A stretch of DNA of 64,000 nucleotides. Origin: Balanoglossus misakiensis (lineage: Eukaryota > Animalia > Hemichordata). Positions 14,601-27,700 of the stretch are shown here, piece by piece. How positions within the stretch are numbered: position 1 is the first letter of the stretch; every line of letters starts with the position of its first letter. The notes beneath the pieces were generated by a model. That model did no database searches and had not been told where the DNA came from. It was given only the letters and a program-made list of their open reading frames with translations. Location: the NCBI GenBank assembly GCA_040954595.2, contig CM082594.2:8883612-8947611 (forward strand), written 5' to 3'. The position numbers and the translations under genes are program-made.

Positions 14601-17600
14601 GAACCCAGACATGTCATTGTCAATACTTCCACATGTCACATGATACAAACAAAAGATAATGAGATTTGTTACTTCTATTTGCATATTGATCGGTATACCC
14701 ACGAGGTGGCTGTAGTCTTGAATGACGTTCATTTTTCCACTTTTAATACATTAATAATAGTTAAATTAAATTTGAAACTTAAGATAAATATGGAATATGT
14801 CATAACAATGGATGTTTTCTGACTCCTATTTCTTGGGAGATCCAGCTGCACTGGCCTTCCTGTTGTTATTTTGTCTACAAATTCAAGTGTTCACATCTCA
14901 GGTGATTACATGCCCACTTACTCAGCTAAGAGGATCCCACACCCCGGAACACTCAAAAGAGATCACATCCATTTACTCCTTAAAATCCTGGTATTCTCTG
15001 ATGGAATTATTGTCAGGCCCTGATTTAGATTTATGTTGTTTTGGACAGACTTCCCACGTGGAGGGGTTCCACACATGCACAAAAGACTCCCTGCAAAAAT
15101 CGGGGTTTTGTCACGATTCTGTCGGTGCGATCTTTCAACATAAATGCCTCTCTGCCTTTTAGCATTTGTGTCTGGTCTTTCCCTCTCATTATTATCTCAT
15201 CTAGACAAGTGACCCAGTGATTGGCTGATTGATTGATTGGTTGGTTGAGTCGAAGTTCCCTTAAATGACCTCCATGTGTGGCAACTTAAAATGGAGATTT
15301 GGAGTTGGTCCCAAGAGGCTCATAGTAAGTCAAACAGGAAGTGAACACATATCTACAGTGCTTTGTTCATATCTTTAAGTTCATCTAGGACCTGACCTGC
15401 AGGAGGAAACCTCTCCACACTTGCACATGCATTTTAGATCTTGCCTGACCCGGACCTATCTATTTAATATATCATTTACCCTGGATTTTTTTGTGGTGGT
15501 GTGTTTCAATTGGCCAGCTAGCAATCAACAAAACATCTAAAACTAGCATGAGATTAAAAACTGTCAAAAGTGTGGTATAAAAAATATGACATAGGTTGAT
15601 GTCCTCTTTTCTATTGGATGATTGATAAAATGATTGGAATCTGGTTTTAATAATTTCTGTTACTTGTGCTGGTGGAAATCTTTTGTCTTCCTATCCTGCA
15701 TACAGCTTCTGCAATGTTGTTAAAAATTTGTTTCATTGAAAGAATTAGATTGCTAAACAAAGAAGTATTTTAGTATTGTCCACCCTTATATATGGAAGCT
15801 GTGGGAGGCAAAATACCTATACAGAACACAAATGGACCACATGACCAGGAAAATTACCATAAAACTAGCAGATTTGATAAAAGCTTTTAGATATTGACTG
15901 TATATTGCTATGCTGTAGTTGTTTCGATCAGAAAATGGCGTCAGAGTGGAAACAAGTCATGGGGTATGCTCAATGGTTTGGTGGTGAATGGGACACGTTT
16001 CCATGTAAGTAGTGAAAATATATTGTGTGGTTCTCCTAAACCCTGTCAAAAGCACAGATTTGTCAAAAAAATAAACAAAGGCATTTTTGGAATGTGCAGG
16101 TAATTTTTTTAGCTGTTATGGAGTGAACTTGCATACCTAGGTTGATTTCACTCTTGAAGGGACAATTGACGTCATGTGACTGTTTTGCTGGCCACTACTT
16201 GCATTACATCAATGAGTCTGGCTCAGAAAATTCTATCATTCATAAAAATTCACATTTTGTAGAGAAATTTAACCCAGGTACCATTTACCATTAAATACTT
16301 TTTAGTCCTGTCATTTATCAGTTTGGTTGTGTAGTTCTGACATCTCTGATAAATGGATTAACCTCTGCCAGTCTTTGTATGTATTCTGGAATCGACCCCT
16401 CTTAGGTAGATTAAGCTGTTGTTTTGATTTTCAGAAGTTGAAAATTTCCAGTTATTTTAACTGTGGTGTGCTTAATATATTCACATAAGTTCAACCACAG
16501 TGATGTAGATTTATGTGTGATTTATAAATATTGCGACTTGTGTTGTAAACATTTCCGGTATGAAACACTCCAGGATTGCTACATATGGCAGAGTTCCACT
16601 TGAGAGGTGTGATGGTGGTTTCTATATTCGGTACCAGCTGTCAAGTTGTCATGGTAACCCTCAGCTATTGACAGCAGGATGGCACTTCTTTTTTTCATAC
16701 GAGTGACCCCAACTGCTGACCTCAGCTTAATCAATAACACCCAGTCTGTATTCACACATTGTCAGACGTCGAGTCAGCCCAGTTGACTTTTATTGTCGTT
16801 TATTGTCGTAGCAGTGTAATTTCCATCACGCAAGAAGACCATAGTTTGCATATCGGTGGTCAGGAGGAATTTGGTTGGTTTTTTTTTGCTCCTTTTCTTT
16901 GTGACAACGCAGCGACAAGACCAACGCCAGTGCGAAAAAGGAAAACATGTCTACGGACGGCTCTGGGAGCATCTACTCAGGCGAGTTGATTTGTCAGTAA
17001 TCGTTGATTAAGAGAGACATGCTGTAAACATATCATGTGTCTGAGGAGTGTGTCTGGCATAATCGTGTTGTGAAGGGAACAACATGCTGGGTTCTTGTCT
17101 CAACAGAGGTCCACCAAGAATTTCTATCAGCACCAGTTGTATATACTATATACTTTATCAACGATACATTAATTTTCTGGAGGTGGAAACTATTTTTGTA
17201 ACTTTCAGACAAATTTGCTTTTCTTGAGAAACTGAGCAGAGTTTATCTCTCTTTTTTATATTTGTGTGTGCAAGCGACACCATGATTCAAGTGTGAAGTA
17301 GTTTATACAACACATATTTATAATATTAGTTTTAAGTTTTAAAACGTCATTTTTTGTTCTTCATTTTAAAGTTAGAATTAGATACTTGTTGTTCATGGGT
17401 TTATTGGACATTTTAATTGAAGCCTAACTTCAAAGCAATGGCTGATTCATGGCCCCAAATCACCCTTTGGATTGTTCAGAACCAACCAGGTATGTCTTAA
17501 GCACTGAGAATTGGCAACAGAATTCCATTTGGTGGAATCAGCTGCTTGGAGAAGCCTGCTTTGTTCTCGCTTACAGTCCCTGATTAACCAGTCGCAGATT

Positions 17601-20600
17601 TGGTTGTCCGAGCTTTTGGTTATTGCTAAAGTTAGTCATCGTACTTGTTAACTCACATACTTGAATGACTTGCATTAAAAAAGCATGCTTGATAAAGCGG
17701 TTATGCATGACATATATGCTGTTGATATGCTTCCCTGACTGCGTCACACCTTTGCCATGGCATAACCTGATTGAGTGTTTTCAACAGTTGAACTAAAAAC
17801 GACCAAGGGATTATTCATTGCATTTTATTCAGAATAATTCTCGTTATTCAACCATTTTATGTGGCAATTAATGTAGGAAGAATACATCCTTGTATAATTT
17901 CTTTGAAACTTTTGAGAATAATTTTTATGAGTGGCTGTAAAGTTTAACTTGTTCAACCTTTGTGACTCCGTAAATCAATTTTACTTCACTTCTTAAAATT
18001 TATTGCAACTACCTTTAGTTTTTTCATCAAAGATTCTCTTAGATTCAGAAGATACTTAAAAACACATTAGAGATATGAATATATTATCCTCGCTTGGTAA
18101 AGTGCTATTTAATAATCAAATAACATCCTGACACGTGATCTTGAATGACACAGTGATATTATTGGTAAACATGTTGATGAAGGTTACACAATCACAACTT
18201 GTTGACAGGTATGGCAACCTCACCCGAGGGGGTCAGGAGGCCAATCCTCAAATCGATCTGTTGAACGAAACAATGCTACAAACAAACCAAGTGTATCGCC
18301 GGCATTTTCATCATTTTGACATATTGAAGCCGCATAAAAAGCCTTATAGTGGCTATAAATGTGTGAAGTTTCCATGTATAAGAATTTAATGGAATACCCG
18401 ATTGGCACCATATGTCACTGCAAGCAGGTCTCAGATTAAAAATAGTCCGGATTGACAAGGATTCAGGATTTGTTATTGTACCGGTATATGTGTGGGTTAA
18501 TAAAATCTATAATCCATGCAAGCATTGTATTTTGAAATTATCAGTTTCCTGAAGGTGTTTCTGTGCTTGAAATTTATTTTTGATTCCGAATTCAAATTTT
18601 ACAACAATATGTGTTTTGACTTTTTTTCTCTCTAGATCAAGTACCAACAGATGGAAGCGTGTCGGTTAATTCCGGGAATATTTCCAGCAGTGGAAATGTA
18701 TCCAACGGAAACATGTCTAGCACGCCGGCTTCCAGCGACGCTGACATTGAGAGGCACGGGACGCGTAAAAAGACACGGATGAAAGTTCGTCATGTGTCTC
18801 TGTTTGAGATGATACCCGATGGGATCATCGTGAAGATATTCTCCTACTTGCCCACCACGGAACTATGCAAATGCACGCAAGTCTGCCGGCTTTGGTACCA
18901 CTTGAGCTGGGACCCGAATCTATGGAGGACGATCAAACTTACGAGCAATGCGATAAACGCTGACAAAGCATTACGGATTCTTTCGAAACGATTGTGTAGG
19001 GAGACACCTAATGTCTGCTTGACTGTGCAAAAGATAGTTCTCTCTGGATGCGAGCAATTAACCGACAGGGGACTCTTTGTGATCGCGAAACGGTGTCCTG
19101 AATTACAACGTTTGGAATTATCAGGATGTTACTACATCAGCAATGAGGCATTGTTTGAAGTTATCTCAAGGTGTCCACATTTGGATTATTTGGACATCTC
19201 AGGTAAGTTCATGAGCACCTAGCTGTCAGCCCTGTTATAAAATGATGCTGGCCGTCCTAGTACTCCAGTAGTGTCTAGTAAATTGCCATTGGACCTGGTA
19301 ATTTTCTGACCTTGAATCACGATAGTCAACAAAAATAATAAGTGTTTTTTTCAGGTTTTGGGTTAAAATTGATCCCTCCAACACATATGTTGTTTTCCCA
19401 GTCTGAATTAACTCTACCAACTGTCACAAAAATAAACCTGTGGGTAAACACTTCACAACAAAAGAAGATGAAATCTGCTGGTACATGTATTCAATTAGTA
19501 GCACGGTAGGGGATACTTGACTGCGGATAGCACATGAACAAAGAATTATTGCCTTTATGAGTTATGAAAAGTGTCCTAAAAATCTGCTGCTATTAGTATG
19601 CAAGCGGACTTCCCATAATCTACCTGTTCTTGTAGAAAATTGAAAATGGTGGAATACATAAAAACACGGTGACGTTTGGCGTTTTATTTCCGGGAAGAAC
19701 TGCACATCGTTGTGATTGCCGCTTGTGAGACACTCAAATTATCGTAGTTATATTATGAGATGACAGGTACTATTTATTGTGAAACAAAATGGCTGATCTG
19801 TAAATGTCGAAAGTGCCAATTTCTAGTGTTGGCACAGTGCCAACAGATCTTGCCTACAGAGTGGGTGTTATTCAGTGATGGAAATTTGCATAAACATCTG
19901 CCAATTCCAGAAATAACACGGCATATGATTTTTTATAAAAAAACATAAATACATGAATGACATGTTGGAATCACTAAATATGTTTTCAAAATTGTCATTT
20001 TTAAAAAATATTGGCATATATTATCAACCACTTTCTGGTAGACAGACTAGATCACAATCTGAACATTTTCTGCCATAAATAAAGTGAAGTGTAATTTCCA
20101 TAAATAATAATATCTGTTCAGAAAACAGAAAATTAAATTAGTAAATTAAATACTGGATTAATCATTGTAAATATTTAATAAACAGGTTGTGTAAAATATT
20201 TAGAATATGAAAAATTCAAAAAGGAGTAGTCATTTTTGTTTTCAATTCAGCATTTTTTTTTGAGGGGAAAAACTGTTTGTGTTGTGAGTTATAAACGACT
20301 GGCATGTTAATGGGACACAAGGCAATAAATCACCAGGGAAAGTGTGAAAGGAAGCCTGCAACCATTGTTTGAAAGACACTGTCGACTATTGTAGGTGTAG
20401 TGATTGAGGATCAACACCTCAGACAGTCTGTTACCTGATAAATTATTCTGTTTTTGTTCAAAAACACCCTTCAAAAGAAAGATTGATTTCGCCGAAAATG
20501 CCTTCAGACAAACACCTTGCCAAGTGGACTAGATACAGTGCGATAAACAAGTTTCCAGAACTTGTTACTAAATATTGTGGATTAATTTTTTCAAACTATA

Positions 20601-22019
20601 ATGTTTCTTCATGTAGATTTTAGAAAATGATATTTGCAAACAAGTGCAGTATGTTTTTGAAAGGCCAGTGATCTCAGAAGAGGCTCATGGGAATTTAAGT
20701 TGTAACAATTAATAAGCCCAAAGGGTCCAGAAATCATCTTGTGCTAGCTGTCTATCACTGGAGTACTGGTAGACTTGTTACATTGGACTTGAGAGGCCAA
20801 AACCAGTCATGCAGATAAACGGATGAAAGCATGTTTATATATTCACAAGACACTTGACACAGGGTGTGTGCTTACCAATGATACAAAGCCAACAAGTTTA
20901 CAGCCTGGGGGAGATTTTTACAAGTTTTCACTTGAGCTTTTGACAACAAGCTGACTTGAAGGCCGTTTAAACCGATGAAAAGTGGTGTATTCTCCTTATG
21001 AACTGCACACCACATGGACTATTTTTACAAGAAATTATCAATATACTGAAATTATAAATAGTGCATTGTTTATATGTAGAAATGTGCTAGCTAGAATAAT
21101 ACATTTTTCTTGGAAAAAGTACATTCACCAATCTACTTGTAATAAGTTTCCAACATTAAATATTAATATCTCATATAAAACAACACCTGCTTTACACATT
21201 ATTCAATTTCCGTTCCAGCCTTAAAGACTCGTTTTTACTTTTTCCGCATATTAACATTATCCGATGTCTCATTTTCCTGCAGGTTGTCCCCAGATAACAT
21301 GTATTGACTTGTCCTTGGAAGCGAGTCTGAACGTCTGTCCACTTCACGGAAAACGCATCCAGATCCGTCATTTGGATATGACGGATTGTTTTGCGCTGGA
21401 AGATGCCGGACTCAAGATAATCGCATCCAATTGCACCGAACTCACTAATTTATATTTACGGCGCTGTGTTCGCGTTACTGATCTCGGAGTACAGTACGTG
21501 GCGAACTATTGTACGATGTTGCGGGAACTGTCCATAAGTGACTGCTATAGGGTCACGGATTATGCCTTGAGAGATATTGCAAGGCTGAATCCCAAGCTTC
21601 GCTATCTCAGTGTTGCCAAGTGCGAGTTTGTGACGGATATCGGTATTCGCTACATCGCGAAATACTGCTACAAGATCAGGTATCTAAATGTAAGAGGCTG
21701 CGAGCAGGTAACAGATGTTAGCATGGAGCACTTGGCGCGTAACTGCCAACGACTTCGGTCGCTGGATATCGGCAAGTGCACTGCCATTACGGACTCAGGC
21801 CTGATCATCGTGGCCGCGAACTGCATGGGTCTTCGAAGACTGAGCATCAAATCGTGCCTCGGAATTTCCGATAAGGGGATTCTCGCCCTGGCCAAGTGCT
21901 GCCCGGAACTTCAGCAGCTCAACATCCAGGACTGTCACCTGACATTAGAAGCGTACCACGCTGTCAAACGACAGTGCAAGAGATGCATCATCGAGCACAC
22001 GAATCCAGCATTCTACTGA
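8629..22019 (+). CDS. FBXL7: F-box/LRR-repeat protein 7 (exons 8629-8665, 10864-11007, 18636-19202, 21283-22019)
   Basis: Exon 1 MGTHNSRLQDGE-G (37 nt, GT donor) and exon 2 GKTNSSLSQSDLSSNDFTPQK resemble the vertebrate FBXL7 N-terminus (MGANNGKQYGSEGKGSSSISSDVSSSTDHTPTK). F-box IPDGIIVKIFSYLPTTELCKCTQVCRLWYHLSWDPNLWR, then RLCRETPNVC, cysteine-type LRRs and the characteristic C-terminus CKRCIIEHTNPAFY. All three introns are phase 1 and join in frame. Confidence 0.95.
8803..8886. repeat. Two-copy ~43-bp tandem duplication in FBXL7 intron 1
   Basis: actagaaacgt...attaaaa(c/g)tgc(t/g)acattgtatcccaa occurs twice in tandem. Confidence 0.7.
14261..14720. mobile_element. Possible degenerate non-autonomous DNA transposon (MITE-like)
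   Basis: Imperfect terminal inverted repeats: aaggtacagtcacc (14261-14274) and ggtggctgtagtctt (14705-14719, reverse complement aagactacagccacc). No coding capacity. Confidence 0.25.
17438..17489 (+). CDS. FBXL7: Putative alternative first coding exon of FBXL7 (MADSWPQITLWIVQNQP-)
   Basis: gcaATGG start context, 52 nt ending in a strong CAG|GTATGT donor. Phase 1 matches the exon starting at 18636. Confidence 0.45.
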
Positions 22020-25000
22020 TTCCCACCAGAACTTGAACGTGCCTTCCAAATAAGGAATTGGAAATTCCATAATAGGAGTATGAAAGTCCAAATAGTGCAA
22101 AGTGTCATATCAGGTAATATGGCAAACTTATCCAATATGTCATTCAGCAGAAAAACAGAAAATTGTCACAATCAGACATCATCTCTAGTGGCCATATGGA
22201 AAGAAGACAGTTTTGAGAGATATTTTTAATGTGATGGCAATCTTAGCAATGATGGACAATTTTCCATCCCACTATCACGCCAAGATGGGCTATTTATTTA
22301 CTTTGGTGTAAATAATTAGTATTATCAAGTATTTACTTTTTTATATACTAATTACAAATTATACAGTGTACTAGTATTTTTTTCTAGGGGAAAACTGGGA
22401 GTTTTTATAGAACATTTCCATGGTAACATGTAAAAATAATTATATTTTCCAGAGGTAATTTTGTCAAATGGAGCACATATATTAAACTAAGACAATCTAC
22501 TTTGGGAAGCATGCTACAAGTGAAATACCCTATCTCCATTTAAAAGTGGACAAAAGTGAAGTTATTCAATATATTTTTAGGGTCAAAGCCAATTTGATAC
22601 AAAGTTTAAAGTGTTAATGAATTTTTTCTAAAAGATAAACAAAGATATGAATTCAAAAAGTATTTAATATTTTCTCAAGTCTTCCAAAAATAAGCCATAA
22701 TGCCTTGATGCCCACAAAAAACATCAAAAGAACAACTTTTATGGTAAAAAATACTGTATTTTCAGCAGAGAATTTCTAAACAAAGCAATCACCTTGTATT
22801 TCTGCCACTAACCATGCTTCAGTACAAGCTGTGAACTGCCATTTTTTGTTTCTTCGAATTTTTGTGCCAAATTCAGCGATAGACAATCTTTTTGAACTGA
22901 AAGTTGAAATACGCCACCACCACAACCCTAGAAGTACTGTGTATAGAAATCTAAACAAAATTGTCTGGGCTGGGAAATTTTCAAGCGTAATACTACTGCA
23001 CACCATTCCAACCTCGTGGCCCGTGTTTACATTACTCTATCTAAATCTTTTGTGTTGTTTGTCTGCCTCCACTCTAAGACTTCCACAAAGAGTACAATAC
23101 ACTCGTCTGACCAGACGCATATTTTAAGAATATTCCGGGACAGTTCACTCAGACGTTAAACGAGATTTTCCTCACCGCCAATTCCTTTTACATTTATTCA
23201 GGAAGTGTACAGAGATGCTTCCTACAGTGAACTAATAATACAAAATTCTCAGAGTTGTTTGAATTGTGTGACATCGCCATGGTAACCACCAGTGCACATG
23301 GTCTCACGATGACATCAAGTGACCTATGACCCACGCAGCTGACCCCCCTGTCAGACATCATCTTGAATGCATGGTAGAATAATTGTCTCGATAGAATTCA
23401 GTGTTTGCACTCAACAACTTTATGGAGTCTTCAGCTCCGTGTTTTGTAAATCCTGCGACAAAGATGTGTTTAACTTCCCGTACTTAACATAACTGTTACA
23501 ATTTTATGTGATAGAGATTTTTATGCATGCATGCTCTTTTTACAGTCTAACTTCAGTAGATATGAAAACATATGGCTTCAGATTTTTCGCTATAAAATCC
23601 ATAAATTACAAGCATACTGTGAAAGACCATGCAAAGGGGAGAGGTTTGACCCTTAAACCAAAAATGTCATTTTAAAATGTTAGAAACAAATTAACAATTA
23701 TAGACTTTAAGTTATCTCGAGTGTAAATCAAAATTGATGTGTATATCTATCCAACAATGACCGGTATTGCTCAATCCCTCTCCTTGTAAGTCAAACATTC
23801 TAATCTAGCTTGACAACTGCCAGGCAGTTCATAATACTCCATGTTAACCTCTGACCTTAATATCCCTGTCTTCCCGACATACCCCTTGTTGATGGCTCAG
23901 TAGGGGTCGGGTCGTTCTTCAAGGTCAGGTCGTAGGGGTCGGCTGAGCTGTTGTCGCCAATCATGTTTGCGATGAGTTGCTGAGTGGAAAGCTTTTTGCA
24001 GTAGCTGTTAATGTCCAAACTTTGGATCAGCTGTTTTATATAAAAGAAAGTACTTTTTGACTATAAATATCTGATTTGCAGTACAAAGTCCTTTTAATTT
24101 GACAGGCAGTGGTCGATTCTACGTAGGAATTAAGTATCTAACTGGTCTGCAGTATCACACAAAAGTCTAAAATGACAAATGTTTTATTTATTAAAAAATA
24201 GTTTAAAGTCACATATAGGGAAGTATTTATGACTGCTAGCTATTGAATTACAAAGTCTGTTATATGTGCTCTTGCTGTCACCGACTTATCAACTTGTCAA
24301 AGTCTGTCTGGAAACTTGAAGTGGAATATTAACAGCCATGTGGTATCAGAGTGCCACTGTCAATGTTAAATCGCGTTATTATTGACTGTCAGCACCTTTG
24401 TAAACAAATTAACATAGCGATGAAACCTGGTGAAACACGAATGCACAATGGGACGACACACAGTGGACTTTGATCAGTGTTTGGTTTGGAACTGTGTATA
24501 TTTGGCTGCTCTTGTTCTGATCAAAATATGATGAATTTATTTAACTATAAATGCCATCCTGACAGCAAGACCACCGCAAAACAAATAGAACTTACTTGGC
24601 TAGACTAGGAACATTGATTAACACGCAAAACTGTGAAAATTGTCAACATGAGGGGTCAAAGTTCAAAGAGAAGCACACATCTGCGGTGTGTTGAATATCA
24701 AACAAACATGTATTTGTATTTACAGATTGGGCTAAAATCCTGTAAAGCGATCACTAACTCTTGATCCATGTATTTCATAAATACTTTGCCAGGTAATCTG
24801 ACACTTCTTTCAAGTTCTGCATGACTGGCCATGTGCTGAACTGCAGTGGTCCATTCTTACATGTATAACACTACCCCCATAGACACATCAGCTACTGTTT
24901 GCCTGTGTGTGCCTGCCTTTAATGTCCTTTTATGAGTCTAAGCTGCTGTGTGTAGCACCCAACTGCACAGAAGCTGCAGTCAGTGAAATGTACATCTTGA

Positions 25001-26007
25001 CATTAGATATGAATAAGCCGGAAAGTCTTAAATTCCCCTCTCATAAGAAACAGTATTTCTAGGGCGGGTTAGGTAGTGAAAACCTATTTTCCCTTCAGAA
25101 AAACTAAAGCAGTACTTCTAGATTGGCCAAAACAAGCCAAATTCTGGCATCTTCTTCCCCATGCTCATTTTTCAAGCAGTATTTCAGAAATGAAATCAGT
25201 CTTTCATTAAGTTTGTTTTAATGTTGCAATTTCACGTGAAAACGCCTCATAAAAAATCATTCCAGTTCGAGCTATTTCAAACTTGAATGACATACCAATT
25301 CTACAACTAGTTCACCATTCATAAATAATCTTTGCCTGAACGGATGAATGACTTGAATCAAAAACACAGCCAGACACCAGGATTCCTAAGGTGTCATGCT
25401 CCCCGGGGCAAAGATCACATTCTTTAGCTATCAACAATGACCAAAAGAAACATTCAATTTGATTGGTTGGTGGAATCGTATATCAGGTTATCGGAGATTC
25501 TTCGGCCAATCAGACATTGCTTTCCAAGTGATACAGAGATCTATGCCTTGCTGAATCTATATTTAAGATTTTAATTTGTAATTGAGAGTTGCATGAAATA
25601 TCGCTTACAGATTTCTTATATTGAGTCATCAATTTGCAAATGGAATTTTAGTGCTTTATGTCTTCTTTGTGATGATAGAGGGCGCCCAACTAAACATGAA
25701 CTGTCGCAAAATCGATAACAAACATTACAAAAGAAAGAACTGAATTCTTCAAGTGCCTTGATTGAAATAGTTTACTTTTTCTAAGAATATGGATTTTTTG
25801 ACAAGTGTTATATAATTCTCAAAAAGTGCTGTAAATTGACATTTTTATTATGAACTTTCGCTGTGTTAGACACTGCTTTTTATAACAAAGCTGAGATGTA
25901 TTAATTTATATAATTATTGTTATTAATATTATTACCATGGTTAAATACTACATATAATATGTAGGCTGAGTTTTCTGAATACTGGATTTGTATTCTTTAA
26001 GCTGCTG

Positions 26008-26013
26008 AATAAA
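26008..26013 (+). terminator. Probable FBXL7 polyadenylation signal ending a ~4 kb 3'UTR
   Basis: AATAAA after an AU-rich stretch and followed by U-rich sequence; no coding exons between 22019 and here. Confidence 0.45.
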
Positions 26014-27700
26014 GATGTATATATTTCAAATATAATATTCTTTGCCAATTTTGTTGAATTTTATTTGGCAGTAAACATCTTCAATTACCTATTTTTATGT
26101 TAAAGTTACGCGCAAATACAAGTTGCCAAGAATAGTCGTGAAAGCAGAGCGCCCCCAACAGTAATAGTTTAAGATACTTTGTTTTTTAAGAAACTATGGT
26201 GGCGGAGTGGGATTTTGCGGACAGGGAATGATGATTGGGAAGGCTTGTCAAGTAAAATTTCCCTTTTTATTGGAACTTTGTGGAAGCGAAACATCCCCCC
26301 AGTCTTTGTGGAATTTAAGTCTTAATATGATTCAAGAAAACAAATATAAAGCTACTTACAGTTTGTAACACTGATGGCTATGGGTCATCTGTTGTTTGAC
26401 ATGGAGTGCCATCACTTTGACCAATTCACAGTCACACAATGCTTAGTCACCCTAGATTGAAATTAAACAACCATATATGTTTTATGAGGGACCGTTATAA
26501 TGGTACAACGCAGTCACAGTATATTCTGTTCCGATTAACATGTCCCAAGGCAAGATTGACTGGTTGGGCGCATTACAACCTCGAGCAGAAACACGCTACA
26601 AAGGATGGTCAAATAAATGAAGGACGCGAATATAGAATTTATAAAACCAAGCTTATTTAATTACAAGAATAAAAGTGACGATGAAGGAAGAATTATTTAC
26701 AGTGCATTACAATCTCAATGTAGTTTACTTTCAATCTACACGGATTGATGAGAGAGTTCTTAAAATTTGAGAAACGACGAAGCCGGGTTTTTGTCCGTGG
26801 AACCCAGTACATGTACATCAGTTTGCAAAGAGCAGCCACCATGACCTCAAGAGATACATGTACAGTCCCGACGAATAGTTCACGGAGAATAACTACAACA
26901 GGAGAGTCGCTAACCCTAAGAGTAGTGTACTCACAGGAATTCCAATAACAGTTCTTTCTTGAAGGACGACAGGGACATCATGTATCCAGGCTGCACGGTT
27001 GCACAGAAATTCACGCAAAAAATCGGAACCAAAACTTTCACTTGGGAGGCAGTGCGGCGTGCTAACACAGCAACGGATAGACGTGGCAGCACGTGGTCTT
27101 TCGAGAATCAAATCCATAAACACCTGGTCACGTGAATAGGTTCATAAACAAAGGGCCTAGACGGTTTACACCTGGTCAGGTAAAGTACTAGAAGATAGCG
27201 CCGCGTATGGCAATACTTCTCAGTGATGCTGTCCTGTATATCTTTCACGTTCAACAATACTGCTGGAATCAGTTTCTATGGTGACTGGAATATTTGTGAT
27301 GTTCAGAACCACACATAATCACTTATTATTTTTTTGAATTAGGTAAAACGTATGACTTATTATTATATATTGTTTGACTGTCGGGTTTTGACGTGTTAAA
27401 ATCCTCGTCTGACAAGTATGGACATAATTGTTTATTATATAAAGTCCAGTATATTCAGAATAATGAATAATTCATATTTTAGGCTATAATATCGATGACT
27501 TCTATTGTTTGTAGATCTGAAGTGTAAAATAATAGAACCCGTATAAAAATAATTGGCAGCAGTGATCCCATCGTTTCATGATTTCAAAAAATCAATGATA
27601 GCACATTTGGCAACTACCATTGTGTAGGATCCCTAGAATATTATGGAGGTATATTAATGTCGTATGGATAGCAATACTGCTGTGAGAGTATAGGTTCACT

